IMG/VR virus record: IMGVR_UViG_3300023283_000389
Coordinates: 1-35,968 of that record
Reading direction: 5' to 3' (one strand)
Length of the DNA: 35,968 nucleotides
Source of the DNA: a virus
Lineage: Duplodnaviria > Caudoviricetes
Below, piece by piece: positions 1 through 9,080 of the stretch (its first letter is position 1; the number at the start of each line of letters is the position of its first letter). The translations under genes were made by a program, and so were the position numbers. Under the pieces are notes generated by a model, which was not told the origin of the DNA, did not search any database, and was given only the letters and a program-made list of their open reading frames with translations.

Positions 1-912
1 TCATTTGGCGGTTTCCCGCGCAAGCTCGTGGTTGGCCTCGACCGGCGTGTACCAGCCCTGTGTGTTGACGGGCTTCGAGCACTCCTTGCCGGCCTCGGCG
101 ATCGCGTCCGCGTATGCCATCCGCTCGAACACGCCGAGTTCGCTGCCGGGCGAGCAGTTCACAACGCGGAACCGGTGCTTCTCGAAGTGCGGTAGCAGCG
201 CCTCGAAGCGTCGGGTGAGCGAGTCGTAGAGCACGTTGTTGTGCTTGATCGCCGCGGCCTCGCGGGCTTCATCGAAGGCGTACTTGCGGTCGGTACCCAT
301 CTTGAAGTCGCAGCCGACGAGGTAGACCTTGCGGAACCCGAGGTGGTGAAGCAGCCGCAGCGCGACGAGCATCACGCTCCGCTTGCCCTTGATGCCGAGC
401 GAGTCGGTGGACTTCGGGTCGTTCCCCCACGGCACGGTGTCGCCGGTGAGGAAGCGTTCGTGGTCGAAGTGGTTGCTGCGACGGAAGAACAGCACACTCG
501 GCATCTGCGCCACGCGGAACGAGCTGTCGCGGAGCAAGCCGTCCTTGGCCTGAATACGGAGCTTGCGTCCCCAATGACACACCGGCACGAACTTCAGCAC
601 GCCGGGGTCTTTCCAGCCCGTGTCGATGAACCGGCCGGGATCATCGACGCACGTCCAGAGCGTCGGGCGGTGCACGGTCCATGAATTGTTGACGCCCATC
701 GTGACGATACCGCGGCGGTCGAGTAGTGACAGGTCGATGTTGTTGAGCGACGGGCCCGACAGCACAAGGAACGCCGACCGCCCCTTGTAGAACCCGCCGA
801 GGGAGATCGAGTCGAAGTCGGAGGTGTAGAGCCGCAGCCCGTTGCGGGCCGGGGCGCGGTTCTTCAAACCGCGCTGGAGCGCGACGATGTCGGACTGGTT
901 GGGACTATTCAC
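1..912 (-). CDS. DUF115/Maf (MptE-like) sugar-transferase-like protein
   Basis: Motifs FLVLSGPSL, TMGVNN and LGFRKVYLVGCDF, typical of DUF115/GT42-like folds; GTG start at 912 overlaps the stop of the upstream gene. Confidence 0.6.
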   Translation of the reverse strand: MNSPNQSDIVALQRGLKNRAPARNGLRLYTSDFDSISLGGFYKGRSAFLVLSGPSLNNIDLSLLDRRGIVTMGVNNSWTVHRPTLWTCVDDPGRFIDTGWKDPGVLKFVPVCHWGRKLRIQAKDGLLRDSSFRVAQMPSVLFFRRSNHFDHERFLTGDTVPWGNDPKSTDSLGIKGKRSVMLVALRLLHHLGFRKVYLVGCDFKMGTDRKYAFDEAREAAAIKHNNVLYDSLTRRFEALLPHFEKHRFRVVNCSPGSELGVFERMAYADAIAEAGKECSKPVNTQGWYTPVEANHELARETAK

Positions 913-1466
913 TTGAACCTCCCCGTGACGTATCTGCCGCCGGCCCGTGTGTCGTTGACGACACCGACCCGGGCGATCACATCGATCCACCACGAGAGCG
1001 GGCGGACGGTCGGGTGCAGGTTCTCGCCGCCGACCGTGATCCGGCTCGGCCGGGTGCAAATCGAGAAGCAGAACCACGCCCGCGGCCGCGCAACGCGCCG
1101 CATCTCGGTCAGCACCGGGACCACATCCTCGGTGAGCAGGTGCTCGAGGGCATCGAAGCTCGTCACTACATCGGCAACACCCTCGACGAGCTTGGTCTCG
1201 TGCATCGGCTTGTTGACGTCGGCCTCGGGGAACGCGAAATCGACGCCGAGGCCCTCAATGCCGTGGCGACGGAGTTCGGTAACGAAGTCATTGCGGCCGC
1301 AGCCGAAGTCCACGACCAGCCGCGGCTCCCATCGTTTCACGATCGAGATCGCGTCTCGGCCGTGGTTTGATGCGCCGTAGGACGAGTTCGGTCGCGATGC
1401 GAGATCGACATACTTACTCCGCTCGTGCTCCCGACGGCTGATGAGGTCGTCTGTGGTGGTCGTCAT
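909..1466 (-). CDS. Class I SAM-dependent methyltransferase
   Basis: Motif I VVDFGCGRN and DVVTSFDALEHL; ATGA overlap with the upstream tail gene. Confidence 0.85.
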   Translation of the reverse strand: MTTTTDDLISRREHERSKYVDLASRPNSSYGASNHGRDAISIVKRWEPRLVVDFGCGRNDFVTELRRHGIEGLGVDFAFPEADVNKPMHETKLVEGVADVVTSFDALEHLLTEDVVPVLTEMRRVARPRAWFCFSICTRPSRITVGGENLHPTVRPLSWWIDVIARVGVVNDTRAGGRYVTGRFK

Positions 1467-2494
1467 CCCGCGCCCTCCACGAACAGGTTGAACTTCCGAT
1501 CTCCGTCGGCGGGATCGGCCAGTTCCATCAGCGTCATGGCCTCGAAGACCCAGACCGGCCGGCCCTTGCTGTTACGCTCGCAGGTGAGCTGCACGCAGAC
1601 GCCCTCGGGGATCGGCGCGAGCTTCGGGCGCAGCGATCGCGCCGGTGGGCAGTCGGGCAGCACGCCGGGAAGATCACAGACCGGGCCGAGACCAAGCAGT
1701 CCCTCGAAGCCCGATCCATCGACGCCGCCGTCCATGTGGTGGGCCTCGAAGCGGTTGATCGCGAGGAGCGTCGGGTCCTCGCCGCCGGTCGGTCGCTGAG
1801 ACGAGAGACCCTCGGGTACGGCGACGTAGCGGAGGTAGGTCTCGCTGCCCGGATCCCCGTCAAGGCGGGCCTCCTGCCACGGGTACCGCCAGCGGTTGCT
1901 TTCGGTCGGAATCGGCTGGGCTGCCCCGAGGATCGCGGTCACACGGCCGGACGACGGCCGGCCCATCTCGATCACGGCCCACTTCTCGCCGACACCATCT
2001 TCCTTCCAGAGGATCTGGACGCCGCCCATCGGCCGGCTGGCGAGCACGGTCTCCTCGGGCTCGATCTCGCAGGTGGTGTCGAGCTCGTTCGTGATGTAGA
2101 CCCGCGCCGGCGTCACACCGGTGAGCACGCAGCGCCCGAGGTCGCCAGGCTTGATCGCTTGCATCGCGAGCACGAACTCGAGCGGCCGGGAGTCCTCGGT
2201 CGCGATCTCACCTGTCAGCGGCGTGCGGCTGTAGAACGTCCGCTCCTGATCGTCGTCGCCCGGTTCAACGAGCACGCCGGTGATCGCCATCGCGTGGTAC
2301 GGCTCGATGGTCTGATCCGAGTCGTTGCGGACGAGCACGACGCCACGTTGCATGATCTCCCGCTGTGGGTCGGCCACGCCGTTGCGGTCGCGCGAGCGGT
2401 GCCCGACCGCCGCATCGACGAACGCGTTGTACGCCGCCGCGGGGATGCGGAGCGGCTCGCCGGTGCGGACCTTGCGCAGCGCGTCACCGCTCAT
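1463..2494 (-). CDS. Putative minor tail / tail-tip protein
   Basis: Start MSGDALRKV at 2494; lies downstream of the tape measure in the late operon; no family recognised with certainty. Confidence 0.6.
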   Translation of the reverse strand: MSGDALRKVRTGEPLRIPAAAYNAFVDAAVGHRSRDRNGVADPQREIMQRGVVLVRNDSDQTIEPYHAMAITGVLVEPGDDDQERTFYSRTPLTGEIATEDSRPLEFVLAMQAIKPGDLGRCVLTGVTPARVYITNELDTTCEIEPEETVLASRPMGGVQILWKEDGVGEKWAVIEMGRPSSGRVTAILGAAQPIPTESNRWRYPWQEARLDGDPGSETYLRYVAVPEGLSSQRPTGGEDPTLLAINRFEAHHMDGGVDGSGFEGLLGLGPVCDLPGVLPDCPPARSLRPKLAPIPEGVCVQLTCERNSKGRPVWVFEAMTLMELADPADGDRKFNLFVEGAG

Positions 2495-2553
2495 CAGTCC
2501 TGACTCCATAGAATGCCAAGTACCCACCCGGTGTGAGCGACCGAGGAGAAGCG

Positions 2554-3054
2554 ATGGTTCACATTCGCCCGGAACAACCCCGAGATGAACAAGCGATCCA
2601 TGCGGTGAATGCGGCGGCGTTCCCCGAGGACTCGGAAGCGCGACTCGTTGATGCACTCCGCGACGCGGGCAAGCTCACGGTGTCGATGGTTGCGGTCGAG
2701 GACGACCGGATTGTTGGGCATGTCGCGTTCAGCCGCGTGACAACGGAATCCGGCGTGTCGGGCATGGGCCTCGCCCCGGTCGCCGTGCTCGAATCGCACA
2801 GAAGGCGAGGTATCGCCGCGTCGCTCATCAACGCGGGGGTGGATGCGTGCAAGTCGATGGGTGCCGGCTGGATGGTTGTTCTGGGCGATCCCGCATACTA
2901 CAGCCGCTTCGGGTTCACCACTGCGTCGGAGTATGGCCTTCGGGATGAGTACGGCGGTGAGGATGCTTTTCAAGCAATGGAACTTCGCGCGGGGGCGATG
3001 CCAAGAGATGCCGGACTGGTGAAGTATGCCCCAGAGTTCAGCATGGCCGAGTGA
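2554..3054 (+). CDS. GNAT N-acetyltransferase (YhbS-like), inverted moron
   Basis: IRPEQPRDE...LAPVAVLESHRRRGIA...VVLGDPAYYSRFGF; GAGGAG RBS before ATG 2554. Confidence 0.9.
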   Translation: MVHIRPEQPRDEQAIHAVNAAAFPEDSEARLVDALRDAGKLTVSMVAVEDDRIVGHVAFSRVTTESGVSGMGLAPVAVLESHRRRGIAASLINAGVDACKSMGAGWMVVLGDPAYYSRFGFTTASEYGLRDEYGGEDAFQAMELRAGAMPRDAGLVKYAPEFSMAE

Positions 3055-3059
3055 GCAGC

Positions 3060-3875
3060 TCATATGCCAAGCCCTCCGAAGTTACCCTGGTCGTACACGC
3101 GCTCGACGTACGCCGCGACGGGGCGTTTGACGATGGTGTTCGCGCTCGTGTCCTCCTGATCCGCGTAGCGGACCCAGAGGTATTCCCAACCCTTCTTGGC
3201 GATGCCGTTGATCGAGCCGACCGAGAGCTCGTTCACGTTCGGGCTCGCGGCGAATCGGAACGTGATTTCCCAGTCGTCGTCGGGGCCGGTGCCGCGGCGG
3301 GCCCCGGTGGCCCCGAGGAACAGCACCTCGCCCGCGGCAAACCCGCGGAACCCGCCGCTGTTGACCTTCCCAGTGAGGCTGAAGAGCGCACCCTTGTACG
3401 AGTTCGTCACCGCCGCGGCCGGGAGGTAGTGCGTCTCGCTGAACTGGTAGATGGGAACGGTGATGTCGACGCCCTCGACCGAGTCCTGCGTCACGCCGAT
3501 CGCGCCCTGGAAGTCGGGCGCGGTGGTGCCCGACGCCGCGTAGGTCCCGACCGTCTGCTTGCTCTGGGTGATGTGCTGCGTGCCGCCGCCTGTATCGAAG
3601 GCGAACGTGCTCTCGCCGGTCTGCGGCGGCGTGGACTGCTGCTGGGTGTCGGGCGCGTACCGCACCGTCGCGTCCCACAGCTCGTGCCCGAGGGGATCGA
3701 CTGTCACCGACTGCCGGGGCATGCCGTCGTAGGTCGCCGGGCTGGCGGTCGTCGCCTGCGCCCGCGCGGTCATGTCGCTGTCAGTGCCGCGGACCGTGTA
3801 GACGAGCTCCGCCGACGGGTTGTCGCCCGTCGTGGATCGGCGGCTCTCGAGTTTCTCGGTGACGGTCAACGGCAC
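3060..3875 (-). CDS. Tail protein immediately after the tape measure (distal-tail-like)
   Basis: Position; Thr/Ser/Gly-rich, beta-type sequence of 271 aa. Confidence 0.65.
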   Translation of the reverse strand: MPLTVTEKLESRRSTTGDNPSAELVYTVRGTDSDMTARAQATTASPATYDGMPRQSVTVDPLGHELWDATVRYAPDTQQQSTPPQTGESTFAFDTGGGTQHITQSKQTVGTYAASGTTAPDFQGAIGVTQDSVEGVDITVPIYQFSETHYLPAAAVTNSYKGALFSLTGKVNSGGFRGFAAGEVLFLGATGARRGTGPDDDWEITFRFAASPNVNELSVGSINGIAKKGWEYLWVRYADQEDTSANTIVKRPVAAYVERVYDQGNFGGLGI

Positions 3876-3888
3876 GTAATGGAGTTCC

Positions 3889-6231
3889 TCAGGTGAAAGA
3901 CAGCCCGCCCGACTGCGCGGAGTCGGCCAGGCGGCGGGTGTTCTTGGCGGTCTGCTCGGTGGCCTTGGCGGTGCGCTCGGCGGTGTCGTCGCCCGCGGCG
4001 AGGCTCTGCACCGCCAGTGCGTTGAACGTGCCCCGGGCGACCACGCCGCGCTCGATCGCGGCCCCGAGCCCGGCGAGCCCTTCCTGCAGCCGACCGATCA
4101 GGTCGCGCGGCACGTTGCCGGTGGTGTCCTCGCCGGACTCGTCCTGCTCCTCACGCCGGCGACGGGCCTCGGCGATCGCTTCATCGAGCTTCGCCCGGGC
4201 CTCGTCGAGCTTCCGCTGCGTCTCGGCGATGTCCGCGTCCGTGCCCGACCTCAGCGCGTCCTGGGCCTCCTCGAACCGCCGGCCGATCTCTGCGAGCGTG
4301 GCCTCGTTCAGTTCTGAAGCGTCGTCGCGCTCGCGCTGACGCCGTGACTCGCGACCGGCGAGATCCCGCTGGGTGTTGGCATCGATCTCCGCGAGCTTCG
4401 CGTCGAGCTGCTCGTCCACCGCGCGCTTCGCGGCTTCTACGTCGAGCCCGTCGTCGAACAGCCCCTGGATCTCGAGCATCCGCTTGGCGACAAACGACGA
4501 CGCCGACTGCCACACCTTCTGGAACCCGCTCGTGAACCGCGTCCACGTTTTCGACAGGAACGACGTTGTCTCGATCCACGCGACCTCGAGCGCGTGGAAC
4601 ACCGTCTGGGCGACGGCGAGCGCGCCGTACCACATCTTCTGGGAGGTGGTGATGAAGAAGTTTCGAGCCCCGAGCCAGACCTCGTTCAGCGCCGCGACCC
4701 CGCGCTTCCACGCGAGCTGGAGCCCGAGCCAGAGGATCTGAGCCGCGAGCTGGATGTCGCCCGCGGCGAGGGCATCGGCGATGCCCCCGGCCACCTTGCC
4801 CACGAACGCTCGCAGCTCGCCGAACCGTTCGCTCAGCCACGCGATCGCTTCCCCGCCGGCACCGGTGTAATAGAGGATGGCGACGCCGAGGGCCGCCACA
4901 CCGCCGATCACCAGCCCGATAGGCGAGACGAGCGCCCCGAGGACCGTGCCGATCACGCCGATCGCGGTCCCGGCCGCCGACGCGATGGCCGCGAGCGAGC
5001 CGAGCAAGGCTCCGATCCCGATGATGGCGGTGCCGGCGATGATGAGGGCGACGCCGACGCCGAGCACGATCGCGGTGACCTTCGCGATGGTCGCGACCAG
5101 TTCGCGGTTCTGGTTGACGACGTGTGTGATGTTGCCGGCGATGCGGGCCAGAACATCCGCGACCTTGCGGACCGGCCCCTCGATCGCCTCGCCGATCGCG
5201 ATGGCGATGCCCTCGACCGCGGACAGCAGCTTGCGGAACGCGCCGCCGATGCCCGCGTCCATCTCCTCGGCCGTCTCGACCGCGATCCCGGCGGCGTCGC
5301 GGATCTCATCGCGCAAGGTGTCGAACGCCGTGCCCGACGACGCGAGCTTCAGCGCCGCAGCTTGTCCGCGCCCGAACAGCGTCTCGAAGATCGACAGCCG
5401 CTCGGCGGTGCCCAGACCCTGCGTCGCCTTGGCCAGGTCGTTGATGATGTCGGCGAGCGGGCGGAGGTTGCTCGAGGCGTCGACCGCCTCAACACCGAAC
5501 CGCCGCAGCTCATCCTGCGCCGCTGACGAGGAGAGGTTCTTGTACGCGCGGGCGAGCGCGTTGCCCGCGAGGCTGCCCTTGATGCCGTTGTTCGCGAGGA
5601 TGCCGATCGCGGCGGCAACGTCCTCCATGCTCTCGCCCGCCTCGGCCGCGATCGGCGCGACCGGCTTGAACGCCTCGAACAGGTCCTCGAGCGTCTGGGC
5701 GCTCTTGTTGGCGGTCGCCGTGAGCACGTCGGACACGCGGCCCATCTCACTCGCCGTCAGGTTGAACCCGCGCAGCGCCGCCCCGGCAATCTCGGTCGCC
5801 CGCGGCAGGTCGGTGCTCGTGGCCCGCGCGAGCGCGAGCACGGCTTCGGTGCTCTGGAGGATCGCGGTCGGGTCGAAGCCGGCCCGCCCGAGCTCAGTCA
5901 TCGCCTCCGCGACCTGGCCCGCGGTGAACGAGGTCGTGCGTCCGAGCCGCTTGGCTTCTTCCGTGAGCGCCTCGAACTGATCTTGGGTCGCACCGGTGAC
6001 AGCGCGGACGACGCGCATGCGGTCGTCGAAGCCCGCGAACACCCGCGTCGACAGCCCGAATCCCGCGGCCACGGCACCGCTGACTGCGGCGAGCCGTGAT
6101 CCGATCCCCCGCACGCTCTGGCCGAAGGCGCGGAGCTGTCGCTGGGCGCGCCGAAGCCCGCGCGTGAGCCGGTCGTTGACGCCGAGTTCGACGAACGCGC
6201 GCCCGGCCCTGATGCCGCGGGTGTTCGCCAC
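3889..6231 (-). CDS. Tail tape measure protein (TP901-type core)
   Basis: 780 aa, Ala-rich and helical; LGRTTSFTAGQVAEAMTELGRAGF and LANNGIKGSLAGNAL core motifs; central hydrophobic segments. Confidence 0.93.
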   Translation of the reverse strand: MANTRGIRAGRAFVELGVNDRLTRGLRRAQRQLRAFGQSVRGIGSRLAAVSGAVAAGFGLSTRVFAGFDDRMRVVRAVTGATQDQFEALTEEAKRLGRTTSFTAGQVAEAMTELGRAGFDPTAILQSTEAVLALARATSTDLPRATEIAGAALRGFNLTASEMGRVSDVLTATANKSAQTLEDLFEAFKPVAPIAAEAGESMEDVAAAIGILANNGIKGSLAGNALARAYKNLSSSAAQDELRRFGVEAVDASSNLRPLADIINDLAKATQGLGTAERLSIFETLFGRGQAAALKLASSGTAFDTLRDEIRDAAGIAVETAEEMDAGIGGAFRKLLSAVEGIAIAIGEAIEGPVRKVADVLARIAGNITHVVNQNRELVATIAKVTAIVLGVGVALIIAGTAIIGIGALLGSLAAIASAAGTAIGVIGTVLGALVSPIGLVIGGVAALGVAILYYTGAGGEAIAWLSERFGELRAFVGKVAGGIADALAAGDIQLAAQILWLGLQLAWKRGVAALNEVWLGARNFFITTSQKMWYGALAVAQTVFHALEVAWIETTSFLSKTWTRFTSGFQKVWQSASSFVAKRMLEIQGLFDDGLDVEAAKRAVDEQLDAKLAEIDANTQRDLAGRESRRQRERDDASELNEATLAEIGRRFEEAQDALRSGTDADIAETQRKLDEARAKLDEAIAEARRRREEQDESGEDTTGNVPRDLIGRLQEGLAGLGAAIERGVVARGTFNALAVQSLAAGDDTAERTAKATEQTAKNTRRLADSAQSGGLSFT

Positions 6232-6232
6232 C

Positions 6233-6670
6233 TCAGCCTCCCCTCACGCTGTTGCGCCACACCTTGGGGAGGTTCGGGGCTTCCTTCTCGAGCGCGGGCC
6301 GCATGTATGGGCGGGCCGCGATGCGGACCGCCTGCTTCGTGCGCTTACCGCCTCGTCGGCGCACGACCGTGGCGCGTCCGCCGAACTCAAGCACGCTCGG
6401 CGCGTTCCCACGCCGGAACCCCACCGGCCCGACGACGACCGACTCAGTCCGCGGGTCGTAGCCGAACAGCACCATCCGACGCAGGCTGCCCTCGTGTGCG
6501 AACGGTGGCTGCCCGGGCCGCGACGTGCCGCGGCGCTTGCGCATGCTGGTCTTTGCCCGCTGGCGCACGAACGCACCGGCCTTCGAGAGCGCCCGACGCC
6601 GCGCCGGATCGATCGCTCGGCGGACCGCCGGCCGGTCGAAGAACAGGTTCTTGACCCGCATGTCGATCAC
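6233..6670 (-). CDS. Neck/tail-completion protein (HK97 gp10-like)
   Basis: Basic protein with LEFGG and ARPYMRPAL motifs. Confidence 0.75.
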   Translation of the reverse strand: MIDMRVKNLFFDRPAVRRAIDPARRRALSKAGAFVRQRAKTSMRKRRGTSRPGQPPFAHEGSLRRMVLFGYDPRTESVVVGPVGFRRGNAPSVLEFGGRATVVRRRGGKRTKQAVRIAARPYMRPALEKEAPNLPKVWRNSVRGG

Positions 6671-7164
6671 GCGTTGGAACCTCGGATTTCGGTTGGCGAA
6701 GGGATCGACGGCGTTGGCAGCTTGGCCGTCCCGCCCTTCTCCAGTCCTTTGTTGAACGACGCCTCCTTCTCCTTACGGAGTCGGCCTGCACCGATGAACA
6801 GCCCGGCCAGCCCGGTCAGTGCGGGCAGCGCCGGACCGGCGATGGGCACGCCGGCGAGTGACGGCCCGATGTCGTCAAGGGCCGTGAGCGTGAGCTGGCC
6901 GAGCAGGCCGCGGATCTCGCCGCCGCGGTCGATCGAGGCCTTCCACTGGGCCCCGGTCCGCTGCACGTCGTCGAACCACGCCCGGTACTCGGTCTCGGCC
7001 TCGTTAAGCGAGGTCGTGCTGGGGAGGCCGCGAGTCTGCTGGATCTCGTTGGGCGTCTTGACCTTGACCACGTCGCCGAGGTCGAAGCCGGCGCAGGCCG
7101 CGAGGCCGAGCGTGACCATCACGAGCCCGAAGCCGAAGACGAGGTGTTTGGGATCAACCTTCAT
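6667..7164 (-). CDS. Lipoprotein with C-terminal hydrophobic segment
   Basis: MKVDPKH start, hydrophobic stretch and LAAC lipobox; C-terminal IAGPALPALTGLAGLFIGAG followed by RLRKEK. Confidence 0.7.
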   Translation of the reverse strand: MKVDPKHLVFGFGLVMVTLGLAACAGFDLGDVVKVKTPNEIQQTRGLPSTTSLNEAETEYRAWFDDVQRTGAQWKASIDRGGEIRGLLGQLTLTALDDIGPSLAGVPIAGPALPALTGLAGLFIGAGRLRKEKEASFNKGLEKGGTAKLPTPSIPSPTEIRGSNA

Positions 7165-7480
7165 GCGAGCCTCCCTGCTCGGTGTCGTCGTGTGCGTTCT
7201 TCCTGATGAACACGTCCTTGAGCACCCGCACGTCGGCGGGAATCGGTTGACCCGAATTGGCCTTCCTGGCAAACGGGTCGAAGTCGCTGGGCTTGAACGC
7301 CCGCCGCTTCTTCGGGTCGCGGTGGACGCTCGCGAGTAGGGCCATCACGCTGCTCGCGATCGACCAGTCGTGCCGCTGGCGGGCCTCGGCCATCGCCAGC
7401 AGCTCGCGGAGCGTCAGGGGGCGCGGATCGACCCCGACGACGCCGGCGCACTGGTCGATGAGCCGCCAGACGTCATCTGC
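7154..7480 (-). CDS. Tail assembly chaperone second ORF (gpT-like); start uncertain
   Basis: Protein-like segment VWRLIDQCAGVVGVDPRPLTLRELLAMAEAR...PSDFDPF in the -1 frame, overlapping the 3' end of the chaperone gene. Confidence 0.6.
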   Translation of the reverse strand, partial: ADDVWRLIDQCAGVVGVDPRPLTLRELLAMAEARQRHDWSIASSVMALLASVHRDPKKRRAFKPSDFDPFARKANSGQPIPADVRVLKDVFIRKNAHDDTEQGGSHEG

Positions 7481-7947
7481 TCCAATACCTGTTCCGCTTC
7501 CATCATCGCATCCGTCACGATCCGATCGATCTCCCCGCCCTCGATCATCCGATCGAGGTTCTTGTCCACGAGGTCGCGGGCCTTGTCGCGGGCGTCCCGC
7601 ATCGCGGTCAGCACGCGCCCGAGGGCGGCCCGGTCCCTCGGGCTCGGGCAGAAACCCACGATGTCCTCCAAGAGCGCGACCGTGGCCGACTCGATCGCGT
7701 CGCCGGCCATCGCGCGGCCGAACTCCTCGTCGCTGACGCCGCGCTCGTCCGCCTGCGGCTTGCACACCGCGTAGAGCACATCGCACAGCAGGATCGGGTC
7801 GGACGCCAGCCGCTCGGCGACGCTGGTGTCCATCGACACGGCGAGCCCGATCAGGTCTGTGCCGGTGAGCCCCTTGACGCGCTTGAGCGATGCAACGTTG
7901 ATCTCGATCACCCAGTCGCGTCCGGCGTTGTCGGTGAAGGTCTTCAT
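7414..7947 (-). CDS. Tail assembly chaperone (gpG-like)
   Basis: Acidic helical protein directly after the tail tube; low-complexity C-terminus overlaps the next ORF. Confidence 0.75.
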   Translation of the reverse strand: MKTFTDNAGRDWVIEINVASLKRVKGLTGTDLIGLAVSMDTSVAERLASDPILLCDVLYAVCKPQADERGVSDEEFGRAMAGDAIESATVALLEDIVGFCPSPRDRAALGRVLTAMRDARDKARDLVDKNLDRMIEGGEIDRIVTDAMMEAEQVLEQMTSGGSSTSAPASSGSIRAP

Positions 7948-7950
7948 GGG

Positions 7951-8388
7951 TCAGCCTCCGATCCACGACGGCGGCGTGTCCGAGTACGTCACCTTGGCCG
8001 TCACCGACACCGTGATCGCTTCCTCGAGCGATTCGGACCGGCTGAAGCTCGTGATCATGAAGTCGGCTTGGAGCCCCTCGCCCGCGCCCGAGCTCGACCC
8101 ATCGAGGATCTGCATGCCGATCGGCGCGTTGTTGAGGTAGGTGTCCTTGACCGCGCCGAAGCCGGCGTCGGCCGTGTCCCACACCATCTCGAACTCGACG
8201 CTCGCTTCCTTGAGCGTCGCCACCACCGCGCGCCAGCCGCTGTTGGCCCGCGTCGTGACATCCGCCTCGCCCGCCTCGAGCGAGAGCGTCACGTCGCGGA
8301 CGTTCGCCAGCTCGACCCACGACCCGGCCCCGTCCTGGCCGCCGGTCTTGTAGTTGAGCACGGCCTCCATGCCGAGTCGGATCGCCAT
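7951..8388 (-). CDS. Major tail tube protein
   Basis: ELANVRDVTLSLEAGEADVTTRANSGWR...FMITSFSRSESLEEAITVSVT pattern. Confidence 0.85.
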   Translation of the reverse strand: MAIRLGMEAVLNYKTGGQDGAGSWVELANVRDVTLSLEAGEADVTTRANSGWRAVVATLKEASVEFEMVWDTADAGFGAVKDTYLNNAPIGMQILDGSSSGAGEGLQADFMITSFSRSESLEEAITVSVTAKVTYSDTPPSWIGG

Positions 8389-8391
8389 CGG

Positions 8392-8820
8392 TTATCTCCT
8401 GACCCTGTAGGTCACGCTCATCACCGTCGTCAGCGTCGACCGCTCATCCAGGTGCTCGGCCGCGACGACGGGCTCGTGTTCGATGCTCAGCCAGGCCGCC
8501 TGCGGGTAGCCGGGTAGGCGCTTGTGCCTCAGGTGATCGCCGATCTGCTCGGCGAGGTCGAGCAGCGCATCGAGCCGGGCGTCGTCGCCCGCGTCCACGC
8601 GCTGCTGGAGCCCGACGTCCACCGTGCAGTCCACCTGACTCTGCTGGCGGGCGAGGTTCGCGGTGTTCACCAAGCGTGGGACAACGGTCACCTTCAACTC
8701 GCCGAGTTCTTCGAGGTCGAACGACGGCCGGTACGCCCGCCGGGCCGTGACCGGCTCGGCATACGTCCCCTCGTTGATCGCCGCCGCGACGGCGTCCGAG
8801 ATCTCCACAATCACGCTCAT
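8392..8820 (-). CDS. Putative tail terminator protein
   Basis: Start MSVIVEISD at 8820 (ATGA overlap); size and position just before the tail tube. Confidence 0.65.
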   Translation of the reverse strand: MSVIVEISDAVAAAINEGTYAEPVTARRAYRPSFDLEELGELKVTVVPRLVNTANLARQQSQVDCTVDVGLQQRVDAGDDARLDALLDLAEQIGDHLRHKRLPGYPQAAWLSIEHEPVVAAEHLDERSTLTTVMSVTYRVRR

Positions 8821-9080
8821 GGGTCTGTCCTTTCGGGATGGGATGAGACGCTCTCGCGTCCCTCGAGGAACGCCACGCGGCGTTCCATGTCGCGGTACTC
8901 GCTGCGGAGCTGGCTCGCCTCGGCGATGAACTCGTCGAGCCGCTTCTCGACCTGGTCGAGCTTGGTGGTGACCACGCCCCACTGGACGATCAGGGCCGCG
9001 ACGGCGAGGCCGGCCGTGAGCGCGACACCTGCCCACCGGACGCGACCGTTCCCGTTGCCATTGGTGGTTCCGTTGCTCAC
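8817..9080 (-). CDS. Small membrane protein (one TM helix plus coiled coil); holin- or spanin-like
   Basis: WAGVALTAGLAVAALIVQWGVV hydrophobic helix, then heptads KLDQVEKRLDEF; GTGA overlap. Confidence 0.6.
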   Translation of the reverse strand: MSNGTTNGNGNGRVRWAGVALTAGLAVAALIVQWGVVTTKLDQVEKRLDEFIAEASQLRSEYRDMERRVAFLEGRESVSSHPERTDP

